A stretch of 64,000 bases of DNA from an uncultured bacterium (GTDB lineage Bacteria > Eisenbacteria > RBG-16-71-46 > CAIMUX01 > WJJG01), in contig CAZTDY010000006.1 of the NCBI GenBank assembly GCA_964612295.1, positions 35,546 through 99,545 of the forward strand. The letters are read 5' to 3'. The notes under the pieces were generated by a model. It searched no databases. It saw only the letters and a program-made list of their open reading frames with translations, and had not been told where the DNA came from. This document shows positions 29,915 through 40,511 of the stretch, one piece after another. A program made the translations under genes and the position numbers. Position 1 is the stretch's first letter; every line of letters starts with the position of its first letter.

Positions 29915-30708
29915 GATTGCTTCTCTCCATCATCGCGCAAGAAGCCGGTCAGCGGACTCGAGGCTCGGGCCACCTGGCTTTCGCCTCCGGGGCCGGCCTG
30001 CCGGGCATCGACCGCTGCGTTGACCGCCTGCATGAATGCGCGCGCCATCATCACCGGGTCCCCGGCGATTGCGATGGCGGTGTTGACCAACACCGCATCG
30101 GCCCCCATCTCGATCGCTGCCGCGGCGTGAGAGGGGAGCCCCAGACCCGCGTCGACCACCACCGGCACCGTAGCCTGCTCGATGATGATCCCGATCTGAT
30201 CTGCGGTTTGCAGCCCGCGGTTCGATCCGATCGGGGAGGCCAGCGGCATGACCGTGGCGCATCCCACCTCCGCGAGGCGTTTTGCGAGAATCGGGTCGGC
30301 ATTGATGTAAGGCAACACGACGAAGCCATCCTTCACGAGTTCTTCGGCGGCCAGAAGGGTCTCGGTGGGATCGGGAAGCAGGTAGTTGGGATCGGGCGTC
30401 ACTTCCAGCTTCACCCAGTTGGTCCGGGCCGCACGCCGGGCAAACTGGGCCAGGCGGACGGCCTCCGCGGCCGTTCGGGCGCCCGACGTGTTGGGAAGCA
30501 GGCGATACTTGGAGAAGTCGAGCGCCGCAAGCGTGGGATCTTCCGGGCTGTTCAAATCCACGCGGCGCAGGGCAACCGTGACCAATTCCGACTTCGACGC
30601 GGCCACCGCCTCCGCCATGACTTCAGGGGAGGGGAACTTCCCGGTTCCGATGAACAGGCGTGAGGTGAGCGTGACGCCATCGATGATCAGGGGTTTGAGC
30701 GTTTTCAT
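29896..30708 (-). CDS. thiG: thiazole synthase
   Basis: [28 protein letters not shown]-terminus and TIM-barrel ThiG core (IGSNRGLQ...). 270 aa. Confidence 0.85.
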   Translation of the reverse strand: MKTLKPLIIDGVTLTSRLFIGTGKFPSPEVMAEAVAASKSELVTVALRRVDLNSPEDPTLAALDFSKYRLLPNTSGARTAAEAVRLAQFARRAARTNWVKLEVTPDPNYLLPDPTETLLAAEELVKDGFVVLPYINADPILAKRLAEVGCATVMPLASPIGSNRGLQTADQIGIIIEQATVPVVVDAGLGLPSHAAAAIEMGADAVLVNTAIAIAGDPVMMARAFMQAVNAAVDARQAGPGGESQVARASSPLTGFLRDDGEKQSCDSLT

Positions 30709-30911
30709 CAGCCGCCTCCGACAAATCGGACGATTTCCAGGACGTCACCTTCAGCGATGGGGAGTTCCTTCCAGTCGGTATCTTCCTCAATGAACTTCCC
30801 GTTGTGTTCGATGGCCAGCCCTTCTCCTGCGATCTTCAATTCGCAAATCACCTGGTGCAGGGAGATTCCTCCCGCCACCTGGCGGGTCTCACCGTTGATC
30901 TTGATTTCCAT
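30708..30911 (-). CDS. thiS: sulfur-carrier protein ThiS
   Basis: 67 aa, MEIKINGE... ending in GGG (C-terminal Gly-Gly). Confidence 0.8.
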   Translation of the reverse strand: MEIKINGETRQVAGGISLHQVICELKIAGEGLAIEHNGKFIEEDTDWKELPIAEGDVLEIVRFVGGG

Positions 30912-30920
30912 TGGCCCCCC

Positions 30921-31787
30921 TCAGGCTTCGCCGAGTAGCACGCGCAAGATCACGTTGGCCTGGTGTCCAGCGGCCACCGCCACCCGCGGCGCCAGCAGGC
31001 CCCGGCCGGGCTTGGCCTCCGATTCCGCATCACCGATCATATAGATGTGCTCGAACACCCGGCGAATCCGGATCTCATCCGATGGCCCATAGCCCGCGAT
31101 GCCGGAAACCGTGACCAGGGGAGTCCCCGGCATTCGGCTCCGCACGGCCATCGTCATGTCACGTTTCATTGCGGGCCCATCGAAACATTCCGCCAGCGCA
31201 TCGCAACCGGAGAACACCTCTGGGATCGTCTCGCGCGTGAGTTCGGTCCTGTGCGTTTCCACGACCACGTATGGATTGATGCGCGTGAGGTTTTCAGCCA
31301 GAGCATCCACCTTGGGCCGTCCGATCTGGTCGACGAAGAACTGCTGGCGATTGAGATTGCTCGGCTCGACGACATCGAAATCGGCGAGGCGCAATCGACC
31401 CACCCCTGTTCGCGCCAGAGCGACCGCCACCAGGCTTCCCAGCCCGCCGCAGCCGGCAACGCCCACGCAGGTGTTCTTCACGCGATGATGCACACCGGGG
31501 CCGTGGCGGGCCACCATAAGACCCTCGAGCTCGGCCTCGCTGGGGATCTCACCCCGCTGGATGAAGACGATCTCATCCCCGCCGTTCAGTTCGCGATCCG
31601 TATCGACGGGAAAGCCATTGTGAATGACCACATCCGCGTCGGGCTTCATCTCATCACGGAGAGTGAGAACCCCGACACCCCGGGGTACGGTGTGCGCAAC
31701 CTCGTTGACTTTGATGTGGATGATCGCCGCAGACAAAGACGGCCTCCCCTGGTTCTGGGAAGCCGGCGAGAATGTTCGGTTTGCCAC
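30921..31787 (-). CDS. thiF: ThiF/MoeB-family adenylyltransferase with N-terminal ThiS-like beta-grasp domain
   Basis: GCGGLGSLVAVALARTGVG Rossmann motif of E1-like enzymes. N-terminal ~90 aa (IIHIKVNEVAHTVPRGV...GDEIVFIQRGEIP) resembles ThiS. The GTG at 31787 lies inside the riboswitch P1 region. TTG 31736 with GGGGAGG RBS is a more plausible start. Confidence 0.7.
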   Translation of the reverse strand: MANRTFSPASQNQGRPSLSAAIIHIKVNEVAHTVPRGVGVLTLRDEMKPDADVVIHNGFPVDTDRELNGGDEIVFIQRGEIPSEAELEGLMVARHGPGVHHRVKNTCVGVAGCGGLGSLVAVALARTGVGRLRLADFDVVEPSNLNRQQFFVDQIGRPKVDALAENLTRINPYVVVETHRTELTRETIPEVFSGCDALAECFDGPAMKRDMTMAVRSRMPGTPLVTVSGIAGYGPSDEIRIRRVFEHIYMIGDAESEAKPGRGLLAPRVAVAAGHQANVILRVLLGEA

Positions 31788-31875
31788 TCCCTACGCCGGC
31801 ATTATCCGGATCAGGTTATGGGTCAGCGGCCTACCGCTATCTCAGCCCCTTCACGGAGCTCCCCGTGGATCGACT
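31780..31875 (-). ncRNA. TPP (thiamine pyrophosphate) riboswitch
   Basis: Minus-strand RNA reads CCACGGGGAGCUCCGUGAAGGGGCUGAGAUAGCGGUAGGCCGCUGACCCAUAACCUGAUCCGGAUAAUGCCGGCGUAGGGAGUG. Contains the invariant CUGAGA and ACCUGAUCCGGAUAAUGCCGGCGUAGGGA THI-box elements. Immediately 5' of thiF. Confidence 0.8.
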
Positions 31876-31929
31876 CGAACTGTACGGATGTCGTTAGGCA
31901 GGGTCAAGGTCCTTGCGTCAGCGGAAAGA

Positions 31930-31958
31930 GAACGGGCAGGTGTGAGTTCTGCCCGTTC
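31930..31958 (-). terminator. putative intrinsic terminator downstream of S8 protease gene
   Basis: 10-bp perfect stem GAACGGGCAG/CTGCCCGTTC with 9-nt loop. On the minus strand followed by UCUUUCC. Confidence 0.4.
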
Positions 31959-32000
31959 CCTTGTTCAATCTGTACTGAGTCCGAACTCTTGAGCTGCAAC

Positions 32001-35000
32001 CTACTGGATCACCATGACCTTCCGGGCCTCATTCACCTCGCCGGCCTTGAACCGGTAGAAGTAGATTCCCGTCCCCAGCTCGGTTGCGTTCAATGTTGCC
32101 GAGTGCGTCCCGGCGGCATACTGCCCCCGGGCCAGGATCGCGACGCGCTTGCCCGCCACGTTGAAGACATCCAGGCGCACATCTGCCGCCTCTGGCAGGT
32201 TGAAGAAGATCGTGCGCGTGCTGGGCGACCAGCTCGAGCGCACCTCCGACCCGCTGAACGCCAGGCGGCCGAGCGGGCCGTCTCGACCTTCGACGGGGCC
32301 GCTCTCGCAGGCGATCGTGACCACGTTCGCTCCCGGATCGTAGGTGTGCGTTGCGTGCGTGACGTCGGTGACCTCGAAGCACCATTCGCCCACCGGGTTG
32401 CGCACCTTGTCAGTTGTTACGGAGATCGACCCGTCCGTGCCAGTGATCCCGCTCGCGGTGCCTGCAGAGGGACCCGTGAAACTCAACGAGACGGTCGCAC
32501 CCGACAGCGGCGCGCTCGCCTGATCCACGATCCAGACCGTGCAGGTCCCCTTGTAGCCGTTGCCGACCCGCCGGCGGCCGGCCGTCATGTCATCGACATG
32601 CATCGTGTTGTTGCCGGCCTCCAGCACGGTGATGTATCCCGTCTTGGTCTCATCATCCGATCCGTAGGCGTTGGTGGCCGTCAAGGTTACCGTGTAGGTG
32701 CCGGGCGCGTCATACTGGTGGCTGGGACTCTGCGCAGAGGAGGTGCCCCCATCGCCAAACGTCCAGCTCCAGGCAGTCGGCGCGCCGCTCGAGAGATCGC
32801 TGAACTGCACGACGAGCGGCGCGTAGCCGGACGTCGGCACACCCTCGAAGTTCGCCACCGGCGGCACCGGTCCGCTGATCGACTCGATCGCCAGGTAGTC
32901 GATGTAGATGCTGTCGAGTGACTGCAGCTTTCTTGTGTGATCGCTGTCAACCACCCGGATGTACACCGTGCCGCTCACCGAAGCAGGCATGCTGACCGTA
33001 TAGAGCTGCTCGGTTGCGCTGGCAACGGTCACCAGGTCGGTGAAGCTGCTCCCATCGGTCGAGTAGGCGAAGGTGAAATCATCGCCGTCGGAGTTCGACG
33101 GACGGTAGGCCTCGACATAGAAGGTGACCGAACTTCCGCCGCCCACCGTGAAGCTCCACTGATGCTCGAGCATGCTGTACCACTTGCGCGGGTGGGTCTG
33201 TGAGGAGACCTCGGTGATCACCTCATAGCCATTGTTGCTGGTGTGGGTGTCAAGGTAGGACCCGCTGACCGTTCCAGCCACCGGGATATCCGCCTCGGCC
33301 ACCGCGACTGGCGGTGCGGGATCCACCTGAATGTAGCCGGTTCTGGTCATCGCGTCGGAGCCGCAGGCGTTCGCCACGGCCAGGGTGACCGTGTAGTCGC
33401 CTTCGCCCGTGTAGGTGTGACTCGGGTTCTGGGCCGAAGAGGTGCCGCCGTCCCCGAAGGTCCAGCTCCAACTGTCGGCGCCGGTCGAGAGGTCGGTGAA
33501 ATCAACTATGAGGGGAGCCGTTCCCGTGGTCGGCGAACCGGAGAAGTCCGCCACCGGTGCCACGCACGGATCCACCGTGATGTAGTCCGTCTTTGTTTCG
33601 GTATCCGATCCTCCGGGGCCGGTCACCGTCAGGCTGACCGTATAGGTTCCCGCCGCAGTGTATTGGTGGGATGGATTCTGCGCACTCGAAGTGCCGCCAT
33701 CCCCGAACGTCCAGCTCCACGTGTCGATGCTGCCGGTGGACAGATCCGTGAAATCGACGGTCAGCGGCTCGGTCCCCGAGGTGGGTGTGCCGGAGAAATC
33801 CGCGACCGGTGGTGGGGGAGGCCCCGTATTGACCGCGTTGTAGGAGTTGATGCGGCCCGCGCCCATCTTCCCGAGGTAGGTCGATGGGAGATAGGCGTCG
33901 ATGTCGTCGGCGCTCGTGTAGAGCTGGTCTTCGACCTGTGAGGCGCTCCAACCGGGGTTCTGCGACCAGATCAGCGCGCCCACGCCGGCCGCCATCGGGG
34001 TGGCCATGGAGGTGCCGTCCATCGAGGCCCAATAGGTCGTGTTCGGGTCGGTGTGATCGTGATAGGTCGAGTAGATGCCCACGCCGGGTGCGCTGATATC
34101 GACCCAGGTGCCGTAGGTGGTGAAGCTGGCCGGGCTGTCGTCCACATCGACCGCCGCGACCGAGATGCAGTCCCCGCGGCCGTTCAAGTAGTCGGCCGTC
34201 TGGCTGCCGTCGTTGCCCGCGGCCACGAAGATCAGGCCACCGGAGTTGAGGAAATAGGTCGCAGCTGTGCCGATCCCGCCCGAGTTGGACGAGCCCCAGC
34301 TGCAGGAGGCGATCTTGGCGCCGTTGTTCGCAGCGTAGTAGAAGGCCTCGGCGGCGGCGTCCATCATGACGACGCCGTATTCTTGACCGAGGTAGTTGTA
34401 GGAATACCCCATCCGCAGCGCCATGATCTCGACGCCGTTTCCGTATTCGGCCTGGGGTCCGTTGTTCCAACCGCCCGCGACACCGGCCATGCCGTAGCCG
34501 TCGTTGGTGATCATGCCGAAGATACCGGCGGTGTGCGTGCCGTGGCCGTTGAAGTCACGGGGGTCGTTGTCCATGTCGTTACAGTCTTCGCCGCTCCAGC
34601 AGTTGCTGACGCCGTCGATGAAGTCGTAGCCGACCCAATCGTCGGTGTATCCGTTGCCGTCGTCATCTACGCCGGAGGAGCCATTCAGCTCCGCCGTGTT
34701 GATCCACATGTTTCCGCGGGATGCACCGGGATTCGAGACCGAGGCGTTCGAGCCGCCGAAGTCGGGGTGGTAGTACCGCGTTCCCGAGTCGAGAATCGCC
34801 ACGATGACCGACGAACTCCCGGTTTGGATGTCCCACGCCTCCGGAGAGTCGATATCGTGGTCGTCCGCCTGATGGTGATAGGTCTGGTAGGGGCTGAAGT
34901 AGGTGTCATTGGGGGTCGCGCGCATCGCGTGAATGCCGATCGGTTCCACGCTCTCCACGAAGGGATGGCGCGCATAGGCCGCCATGACGTCCTCGAGGAT

Positions 35001-35353
35001 ACCCGATTCGAATCGGACCTTGTGGAATCTCGCCAGGTTGGCCTCGGCCGGGTTCAGGCTGTTCTCGGAGCCGAGGAACTGCTGGCGAATGCGGGTGACG
35101 CGATACTGGTCCGACAACGCATCGAACGCGTCGTCGCCTATCTGAGCGATCGCATCCGCGGAGTAGAACACGCCCAGCTGCCCGACGTCCGGTTGACGTC
35201 CGGTTTCAACACCAGAACGAACTCATCCGGAACGTTCCCAAGGAACGATGGGATTCCCTCCGGGCGTTCGATCTGGATGATTTGATCTGCTGCTGAGGCT
35301 GCCGTGGAGACGGCGATCAGACCACACATGATTCCGATGACGAGCTTCTTCAT
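32001..35353 (-). CDS. subtilisin-like serine protease (S8) with PKD repeats and T9SS C-terminal sorting domain, reading frame interrupted by 11-bp tandem duplication
   Basis: Catalytic triad motifs VAILDSGT, NGHGTHTAGI, GTSMATPMAAGV. Three WSWTFGDGGTSSAQ PKD repeats. CTD ...GIYFYRFKAGEVNEARKVMVIQ. Signal peptide MKKLVIGIMCGLIAVSTAASA is encoded in another frame (35138-35353). Removing one copy of GACGTCCGGTT restores a single ORF. Confidence 0.75.
35184..35205. repeat. exact 11-bp tandem duplication (GACGTCCGGTT x2) inside S8 protease gene
   Basis: Direct reading of sequence. 11 nt is not a multiple of 3, so the duplication shifts the frame between signal peptide and propeptide. Confidence 0.85.
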
Positions 35354-35489
35354 GTCTACTCCTCTCGGTTGGGGGGATGCGCGGATGCCCCCTGCGGAAA
35401 GAGCATGGTGTAAACCATGCTCCTTTTGCGCCATTATAACGCGGCTCCCGGATGGCCTTCAAGAGACGATCTGATTGCCGTATATGCCT

Positions 35490-36389
35490 TTACGACGGTG
35501 GGTTCCCACGCGAGGCCATTTGGGGCAGCCGGGCCACGTCCTCCAGCACGCCGGATTCGATTCCATCGACGAAGAGCTGCCGATGCGGGAAGGGGATTTG
35601 GATACCGGCTTGATCGAGAGCGAGTTTGCCCGCCTCGAGCGCATCGACGAAGACGCCCGTCTCGACCGCGGCATCGCCGATCCACACTCGCAGCTCCAGA
35701 TTGACGCTGGAGTCGTCGAGCTTGACCACCACGACCGTCGTGGCGGGATCGTCAATGACGTCGGGCACCGTCTTGGCTGCTGCCAGAAGAACCTCGCGGG
35801 CCCGCCCGATGTCCTCCTTGTAGGCGATGCCGACCGGCACGTTGACGCGGGTCTCGCCGTTCTTCGTGTGATTGACCAGGACATCATCAACGATCTGCCG
35901 GTTGGGAATCACAACCCACGTGTTGCTGGGTGTCATAATGCGGGTGGAACGGAGCGTAATCTCCGTTACTTTGCCGTATTTGCCGCAGGCGGTGACCCAG
36001 TCCCCGACCTTGAACGGTTCGTCCCAGAAGATCGTCAGGCCGGCGATCGTATTGGCGAGCGAATCCTGCGCGGCGATTCCCAGGGCCAGACCGGCCACCC
36101 CGATGCCGGCCAGGGCCGCGCCGACGTTGATCCCGAGCTGGCTGGCGGCCATCACGATCCCGAATACGAAGACGACGGCCCGGTAGATGTTCTCGACGAG
36201 GAGTCTCACGAGGTGCGATTCAAGCCCCGAGCGAACGAGCAGGGAGGTGAGCGGTTTGCGCGTAAGCCGATATCCCAGCCAGAAGGCGAAGCCGATCAGC
36301 AGCGCGGTCAGCAGCCGGGGGATGAAAGCGACGATCAGCGTGGTGATCTGACCCAGATCAATGAGGTCCAGGATAGCATCCATGGGCAT
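35490..36389 (-). CDS. mscS: small-conductance mechanosensitive channel (MscS family)
   Basis: Three N-terminal TM helices followed by conserved MscS beta-domain (FKVGDWVTACGKYGKVTEITLRSTRIMTPSNTWVVIPN). Confidence 0.8.
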   Translation of the reverse strand: MPMDAILDLIDLGQITTLIVAFIPRLLTALLIGFAFWLGYRLTRKPLTSLLVRSGLESHLVRLLVENIYRAVVFVFGIVMAASQLGINVGAALAGIGVAGLALGIAAQDSLANTIAGLTIFWDEPFKVGDWVTACGKYGKVTEITLRSTRIMTPSNTWVVIPNRQIVDDVLVNHTKNGETRVNVPVGIAYKEDIGRAREVLLAAAKTVPDVIDDPATTVVVVKLDDSSVNLELRVWIGDAAVETGVFVDALEAGKLALDQAGIQIPFPHRQLFVDGIESGVLEDVARLPQMASRGNPPS

Positions 36390-36526
36390 CTCCTCCCGGA
36401 TCGAAGGTGAATGGGATTCTTGTCACCAACGTTGACACAGTCAGGAACGCCGTCAAGGTGCGCTTTATCCCGGGGCGATCAGGGCCCATAATGGAATCGT
36501 GTCGGCGGCAATCCTGGGAGGGGGCG

Positions 36527-37594
36527 ATGACATCACGCGAACGCCTTCTCGTGGCTCTTGGCGGAGGCGAGCCCGATCGGGTTCCTCGGGCCCTGGGGTT
36601 CTATCACCTCGACTTGCGCCGGATGGCCCCCCGCGATCTGTACCGGGATGATCTGGTCGACATCCACTTCGTCCGCCTCAAACCATCGCGCGAGGAGGTC
36701 GAACTCGGGCGCCGCGCCATGCCCCACGACGGGGACACCCGCCTCGGCAATCCGGCCCAGCTCGCGACCTACTCTCAGTGGAGCTACTTCCCGAATGACG
36801 ATGCTCGTCGCAACCCGTTGGCGGAGGCAAAGTCGATCGAGGATCTCAAGCGGTTCCGTTTTCCCGACGTGAGCATGCCCTACCAGGTCAAAGGGCTCGC
36901 GAAGCAGGTGAGATCCCTCCACGAGCGGTGCCTTGCCGCGGGTGGGAATCTGCCTCACCTGGGCGGTGAGCTGTTCGAAGCGGCCTGGCGGTTGCGCGGC
37001 CTGGAGAACTTCCTGATCGATCTCGTTCGGCGGCCGGACTGGGCGCATTTCATCCTGGACCGTCTGGCCGACCTGGCGCTCCGCAACGCCCAGGCTCTGG
37101 CAAGCGCCGGAGTCGATCTGCTGGCCTTGGACGACGATGTGGGCATGCCGGGGACCATGATGATCAGTCCCGAGACCTGGAGGGAATTTTTCAAGCCGCG
37201 GCTGGCGGCCATCATCGAGGGGGCCCGTTCAATCCAACCTGATCTGCGGGTTCTGTACCACAGCGATGGGACCTTCACGCCGATCGTGGGGGATCTGATC
37301 GAGATCGGCGTCGATGCGATCAACCCGCTTCAACCCGAGCACATGCCGGCCGAGCCGATTCGCGCATCCTTCGGGTCGCGCGTCGCACTCTGGGGAGCGG
37401 TCGGTCGCCAGACGACCTTCAGCTTCGACGGGCCGGAGGAGATTCGCGAAGAGGTTCGCGAGCGGATTCGAACCCTGGGGCGCTCCGGTCTCATCCTGTG
37501 TCCGGCCTATGACATCGACGAACCGGACATCCCCTGGGCCAACGTGCAGGCGTTCTTGGAGTCTGTAGAGACGTACGGGAGGAACGAAGAATGA
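36527..37594 (+). CDS. uroporphyrinogen-decarboxylase (URO-D) family protein, MtaA/CmuA-like methyltransferase candidate
   Basis: MTSRERLLVALGGGEPDRVP N-terminus typical of URO-D family. GGGAGGGGG RBS before ATG 36527. Paralog at 48194. Confidence 0.55.
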   Translation: MTSRERLLVALGGGEPDRVPRALGFYHLDLRRMAPRDLYRDDLVDIHFVRLKPSREEVELGRRAMPHDGDTRLGNPAQLATYSQWSYFPNDDARRNPLAEAKSIEDLKRFRFPDVSMPYQVKGLAKQVRSLHERCLAAGGNLPHLGGELFEAAWRLRGLENFLIDLVRRPDWAHFILDRLADLALRNAQALASAGVDLLALDDDVGMPGTMMISPETWREFFKPRLAAIIEGARSIQPDLRVLYHSDGTFTPIVGDLIEIGVDAINPLQPEHMPAEPIRASFGSRVALWGAVGRQTTFSFDGPEEIREEVRERIRTLGRSGLILCPAYDIDEPDIPWANVQAFLESVETYGRNEE

Positions 37595-38031
37595 GGTGTT
37601 TGGGTCCCTGTCTCCTGTCCGCGCTGATCCTGATCTGCGCGATGGTCCCGGGGTGTGCCGATTCGACCGATGGGACCGATCAAGGTCCCTGGTTCCAACG
37701 CCCACCCGAACAATGGCCCCAGATCACGATGATCAATGAGATCGAGTACGATGACCAACATCATCCCGTAGCGGGGTGTGGTTTCCTGCTGGACACCGGA
37801 ACCGATACCCTGGCCGTGACCGCCAAACATGTCCTGACCTACTTCAAGTCGGGGGCGATGAGCAGCGTGTCCTTCCGAGGAACGCTGAAAGAGTGGAAGA
37901 TGTACCCGAAGGACAACCCGGCCGACGTCGTGATCGTCGACTCCCGCGTGATCGGCCTCATGTCCCAGAAGGCGGGGCCCTTGCAGAGGGTATCGTCCCT
38001 GGACTATCCGCTGGAGTTTCTGGGGCGCTGA
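37591..38031 (+). CDS. hypothetical lipoprotein
   Basis: Lipobox LILICAMVPGC. 146 aa. Start overlaps upstream stop. Confidence 0.4.
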   Translation: MRCLGPCLLSALILICAMVPGCADSTDGTDQGPWFQRPPEQWPQITMINEIEYDDQHHPVAGCGFLLDTGTDTLAVTAKHVLTYFKSGAMSSVSFRGTLKEWKMYPKDNPADVVIVDSRVIGLMSQKAGPLQRVSSLDYPLEFLGR

Positions 38032-38063
38032 GGAGCGGGTCAACAGCGCCCCTTAGTTTCCAG

Positions 38064-40511
38064 CTACTTGACCAGCAAGAACTTCTCGGTGGCGATCCTT
38101 TTCGCCGACAGGAGCCGCACGAAATAGACTCCCGGGGCAACTTGCACACCGTTTTCGCCCTGCGCATCCCAGGCGACCTGATGGGTCCCCGCCGCTTTCA
38201 CGCCCTCGAACAACGTGGCCACGCGGCGTCCCTGTGCATCGTGGACGGTCAAGCGGATGTCCCGCGGGACCGACAGCGCAAAGGTGAAGTGAGCGGTGCG
38301 GGAGCTCGGGTTGGGACCATCCAAGGCCAGGCTGAGCACCGAACGCCCCGCGGTCGTCTCCCGATCGATGTCCGAGTAGTCGACCGATTGCACGCCGCTG
38401 GCGACCAGGGCATACGGCGCATCGAGCATGATCGTTTCCGGCTCGGCATCCTGAACCAGCTCGTCCGCCCGAACCTCGATCGTCCACTCCCCGGGCTCGG
38501 GATTCTGCACGAAGACACATTCGACGGTGTTCTTCGTGTCGGCCGCGCCGTCCGGCGTGGACCAGACGCCCACTGAGAGGCCTTCGTTCCCGTAGTAGAC
38601 CGTCTCCGACGGAGAGATGACCCGCAGGGTAAGATCGTTGATCCGGTGCTGGCTTTGAACCGCCGGGTTTCCTGGCAGATCGGGATAGGTCATCGTCACC
38701 TTGAGCGCGGGCTCATTCTCCTCGACCAACACCGTGTGCTCTCGAACATCGAAGGGCTGCAGCAGATCCTCCTGATCGACCACATAGAACTTCTCGCGCA
38801 GGTCGTACATGTTCTGCAGATCCGGGAGCCCCCAACCCTGATGCATACGGGTCTTGTCATGGGTCGTCCCGGTGAAGTCGTACTGGAGCGCCGTATTGAC
38901 CATCATGGCCTTCGCGGTCGCACTGTGGGGCCGGTTGTCGAAGACGGTGCCCTCGGGATCGACCTCGTTCCCGAAGATGCCTTCGGCCCACATCTGATGG
39001 AAGAGCCCCACATGCCCGGCGATGATGGGCGTGGCGCCACTCGTCCCGCCGAAGTAGGGGGTATAGGACTCGTAGCCGCAGCAATCGACCGTGTAGGTCT
39101 GATCGTAGGCGTGACACAGCGTCGGCTTGATGCGTCCGTCCGACGCCGGTCCGATGCTGGCGCCGTAGCACCAGCAATCATCGGCGAGGTCCGCGGTGCC
39201 GTAGTGGTAGATGCCGCCTCCGGAGATGATGTTCTTGGCCCAGGCTTGAGGGCGCGAGTCCTGGTCTCCCGCGTTGCTCTGCGATTGGCAGTGAACGAGG
39301 TCGGAGTCGAACAGCATCGCATCGGTGTCGGCGGAGACGGTCGTGTAGTTGTACGTGCGCGGGCTCCCCACGCTCGATGTCTGGAAGACAGCGTTGTAGG
39401 GCTCCTGCAAGAGCTCCATCGAGTTCAGGTAGCGGTTGTGCCCTTCGATACTGATGTAGTGGTAATCGGCCACAATGCCCTGTCCGTCCGGGAGCAACCC
39501 TCGGGCGATCGCCAGACCGGCGCCATCCCCGAAGCAGATGCCCGAGGTCGCCGCGCCATGGTCGTCAGCGGTCGTGTAGCTGTGTTGGATCAGCGGCCGG
39601 GACTCGAAGTCGTGATGACCGATATTGAAGCCCGCATCGAACGACTCGCCCCTCACGCCGGCGCCCGTGTATCCTGCCACGGTTTCGATGTAGTCCGCCC
39701 CACTCATCGTTCGGATGATATTCATGTCGTGCTCGTAGGGTCCCCAGCGGTCGGCGAAGAGCACTTCGTCCCAGTGTGCTACGTCGAAGAGCTGGTCGGG
39801 GGTGAGCGTGGCCCGCACGAGGAACTTGCCGGCATCGGCGCTCTCGACCTGATAGCCGCGAAGCGCGAGGCGATCGGCGACCTCAAGTTTCTGCGCCTCG
39901 GTCAGGACCTGGACGTTGTAGGTGTCGCGCGGATAGATCTGCTCCGCCTGCTCCAGATTCTCGATCAGAAACGCTTCCAACCGGTAGGCCGGGTGATAGG
40001 GGCCGACCCACCGCACGTAGGGCAGTTCATCGACGGCCCCTCTCGTCTCCGCGTCCATCTCGACGAGATAGGCGTACTGCGCGATGTAGTGACGGACCTC
40101 GCCCCCGAGGGCCGCGATCTGATCCGCGTATTGGACGAGGGGAGGGGTCACGAATTGGACAATGAAGAGCTGGCCGGATTCGTCCGCCGCGAGCCGGGGG
40201 TGCATTGGGAGTTCGCCATCCAGTGGATCAAAGGCCCCGTAGCCGAGGCCGAGTTCGTAGGTCGCCTGGGATTGACGATCCACCCGGTCATCGCCGAAGG
40301 ACAGGCGATAGAAGTGCGCCTGGGCTCCGTTCGCGTCCGCTTCCTGCCACAAGGTGACGAGGGTGGAAGAACCCGGAATCTGAATCGTCTCCGCGCGCGG
40401 ATTGGTACCTATCTCGGGTGCCGCAGATGCCGAATGCGCTCCCGTGCAGATCAGGGCGGTTACGATTGCGATCACCGTGAAAGTCAGCTTGCAGAAGTGC
40501 TTGTGTCCCAT
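38064..40511 (-). CDS. subtilisin-like serine protease (S8) with T9SS C-terminal sorting domain
   Basis: Signal peptide. HGAATSGI and GTSGATPIIAGHVGL S8 motifs. CTD ...APGVYFVRLLSAKRIATEKFLLVK. Confidence 0.8.
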   Translation of the reverse strand: MGHKHFCKLTFTVIAIVTALICTGAHSASAAPEIGTNPRAETIQIPGSSTLVTLWQEADANGAQAHFYRLSFGDDRVDRQSQATYELGLGYGAFDPLDGELPMHPRLAADESGQLFIVQFVTPPLVQYADQIAALGGEVRHYIAQYAYLVEMDAETRGAVDELPYVRWVGPYHPAYRLEAFLIENLEQAEQIYPRDTYNVQVLTEAQKLEVADRLALRGYQVESADAGKFLVRATLTPDQLFDVAHWDEVLFADRWGPYEHDMNIIRTMSGADYIETVAGYTGAGVRGESFDAGFNIGHHDFESRPLIQHSYTTADDHGAATSGICFGDGAGLAIARGLLPDGQGIVADYHYISIEGHNRYLNSMELLQEPYNAVFQTSSVGSPRTYNYTTVSADTDAMLFDSDLVHCQSQSNAGDQDSRPQAWAKNIISGGGIYHYGTADLADDCWCYGASIGPASDGRIKPTLCHAYDQTYTVDCCGYESYTPYFGGTSGATPIIAGHVGLFHQMWAEGIFGNEVDPEGTVFDNRPHSATAKAMMVNTALQYDFTGTTHDKTRMHQGWGLPDLQNMYDLREKFYVVDQEDLLQPFDVREHTVLVEENEPALKVTMTYPDLPGNPAVQSQHRINDLTLRVISPSETVYYGNEGLSVGVWSTPDGAADTKNTVECVFVQNPEPGEWTIEVRADELVQDAEPETIMLDAPYALVASGVQSVDYSDIDRETTAGRSVLSLALDGPNPSSRTAHFTFALSVPRDIRLTVHDAQGRRVATLFEGVKAAGTHQVAWDAQGENGVQVAPGVYFVRLLSAKRIATEKFLLVK

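Noticed and set aside
35138-35434. 98-aa ORF called as separate gene
   Set aside because: It is the signal-peptide-bearing N-terminus of the S8 protease, separated from the body by the 11-bp duplication.
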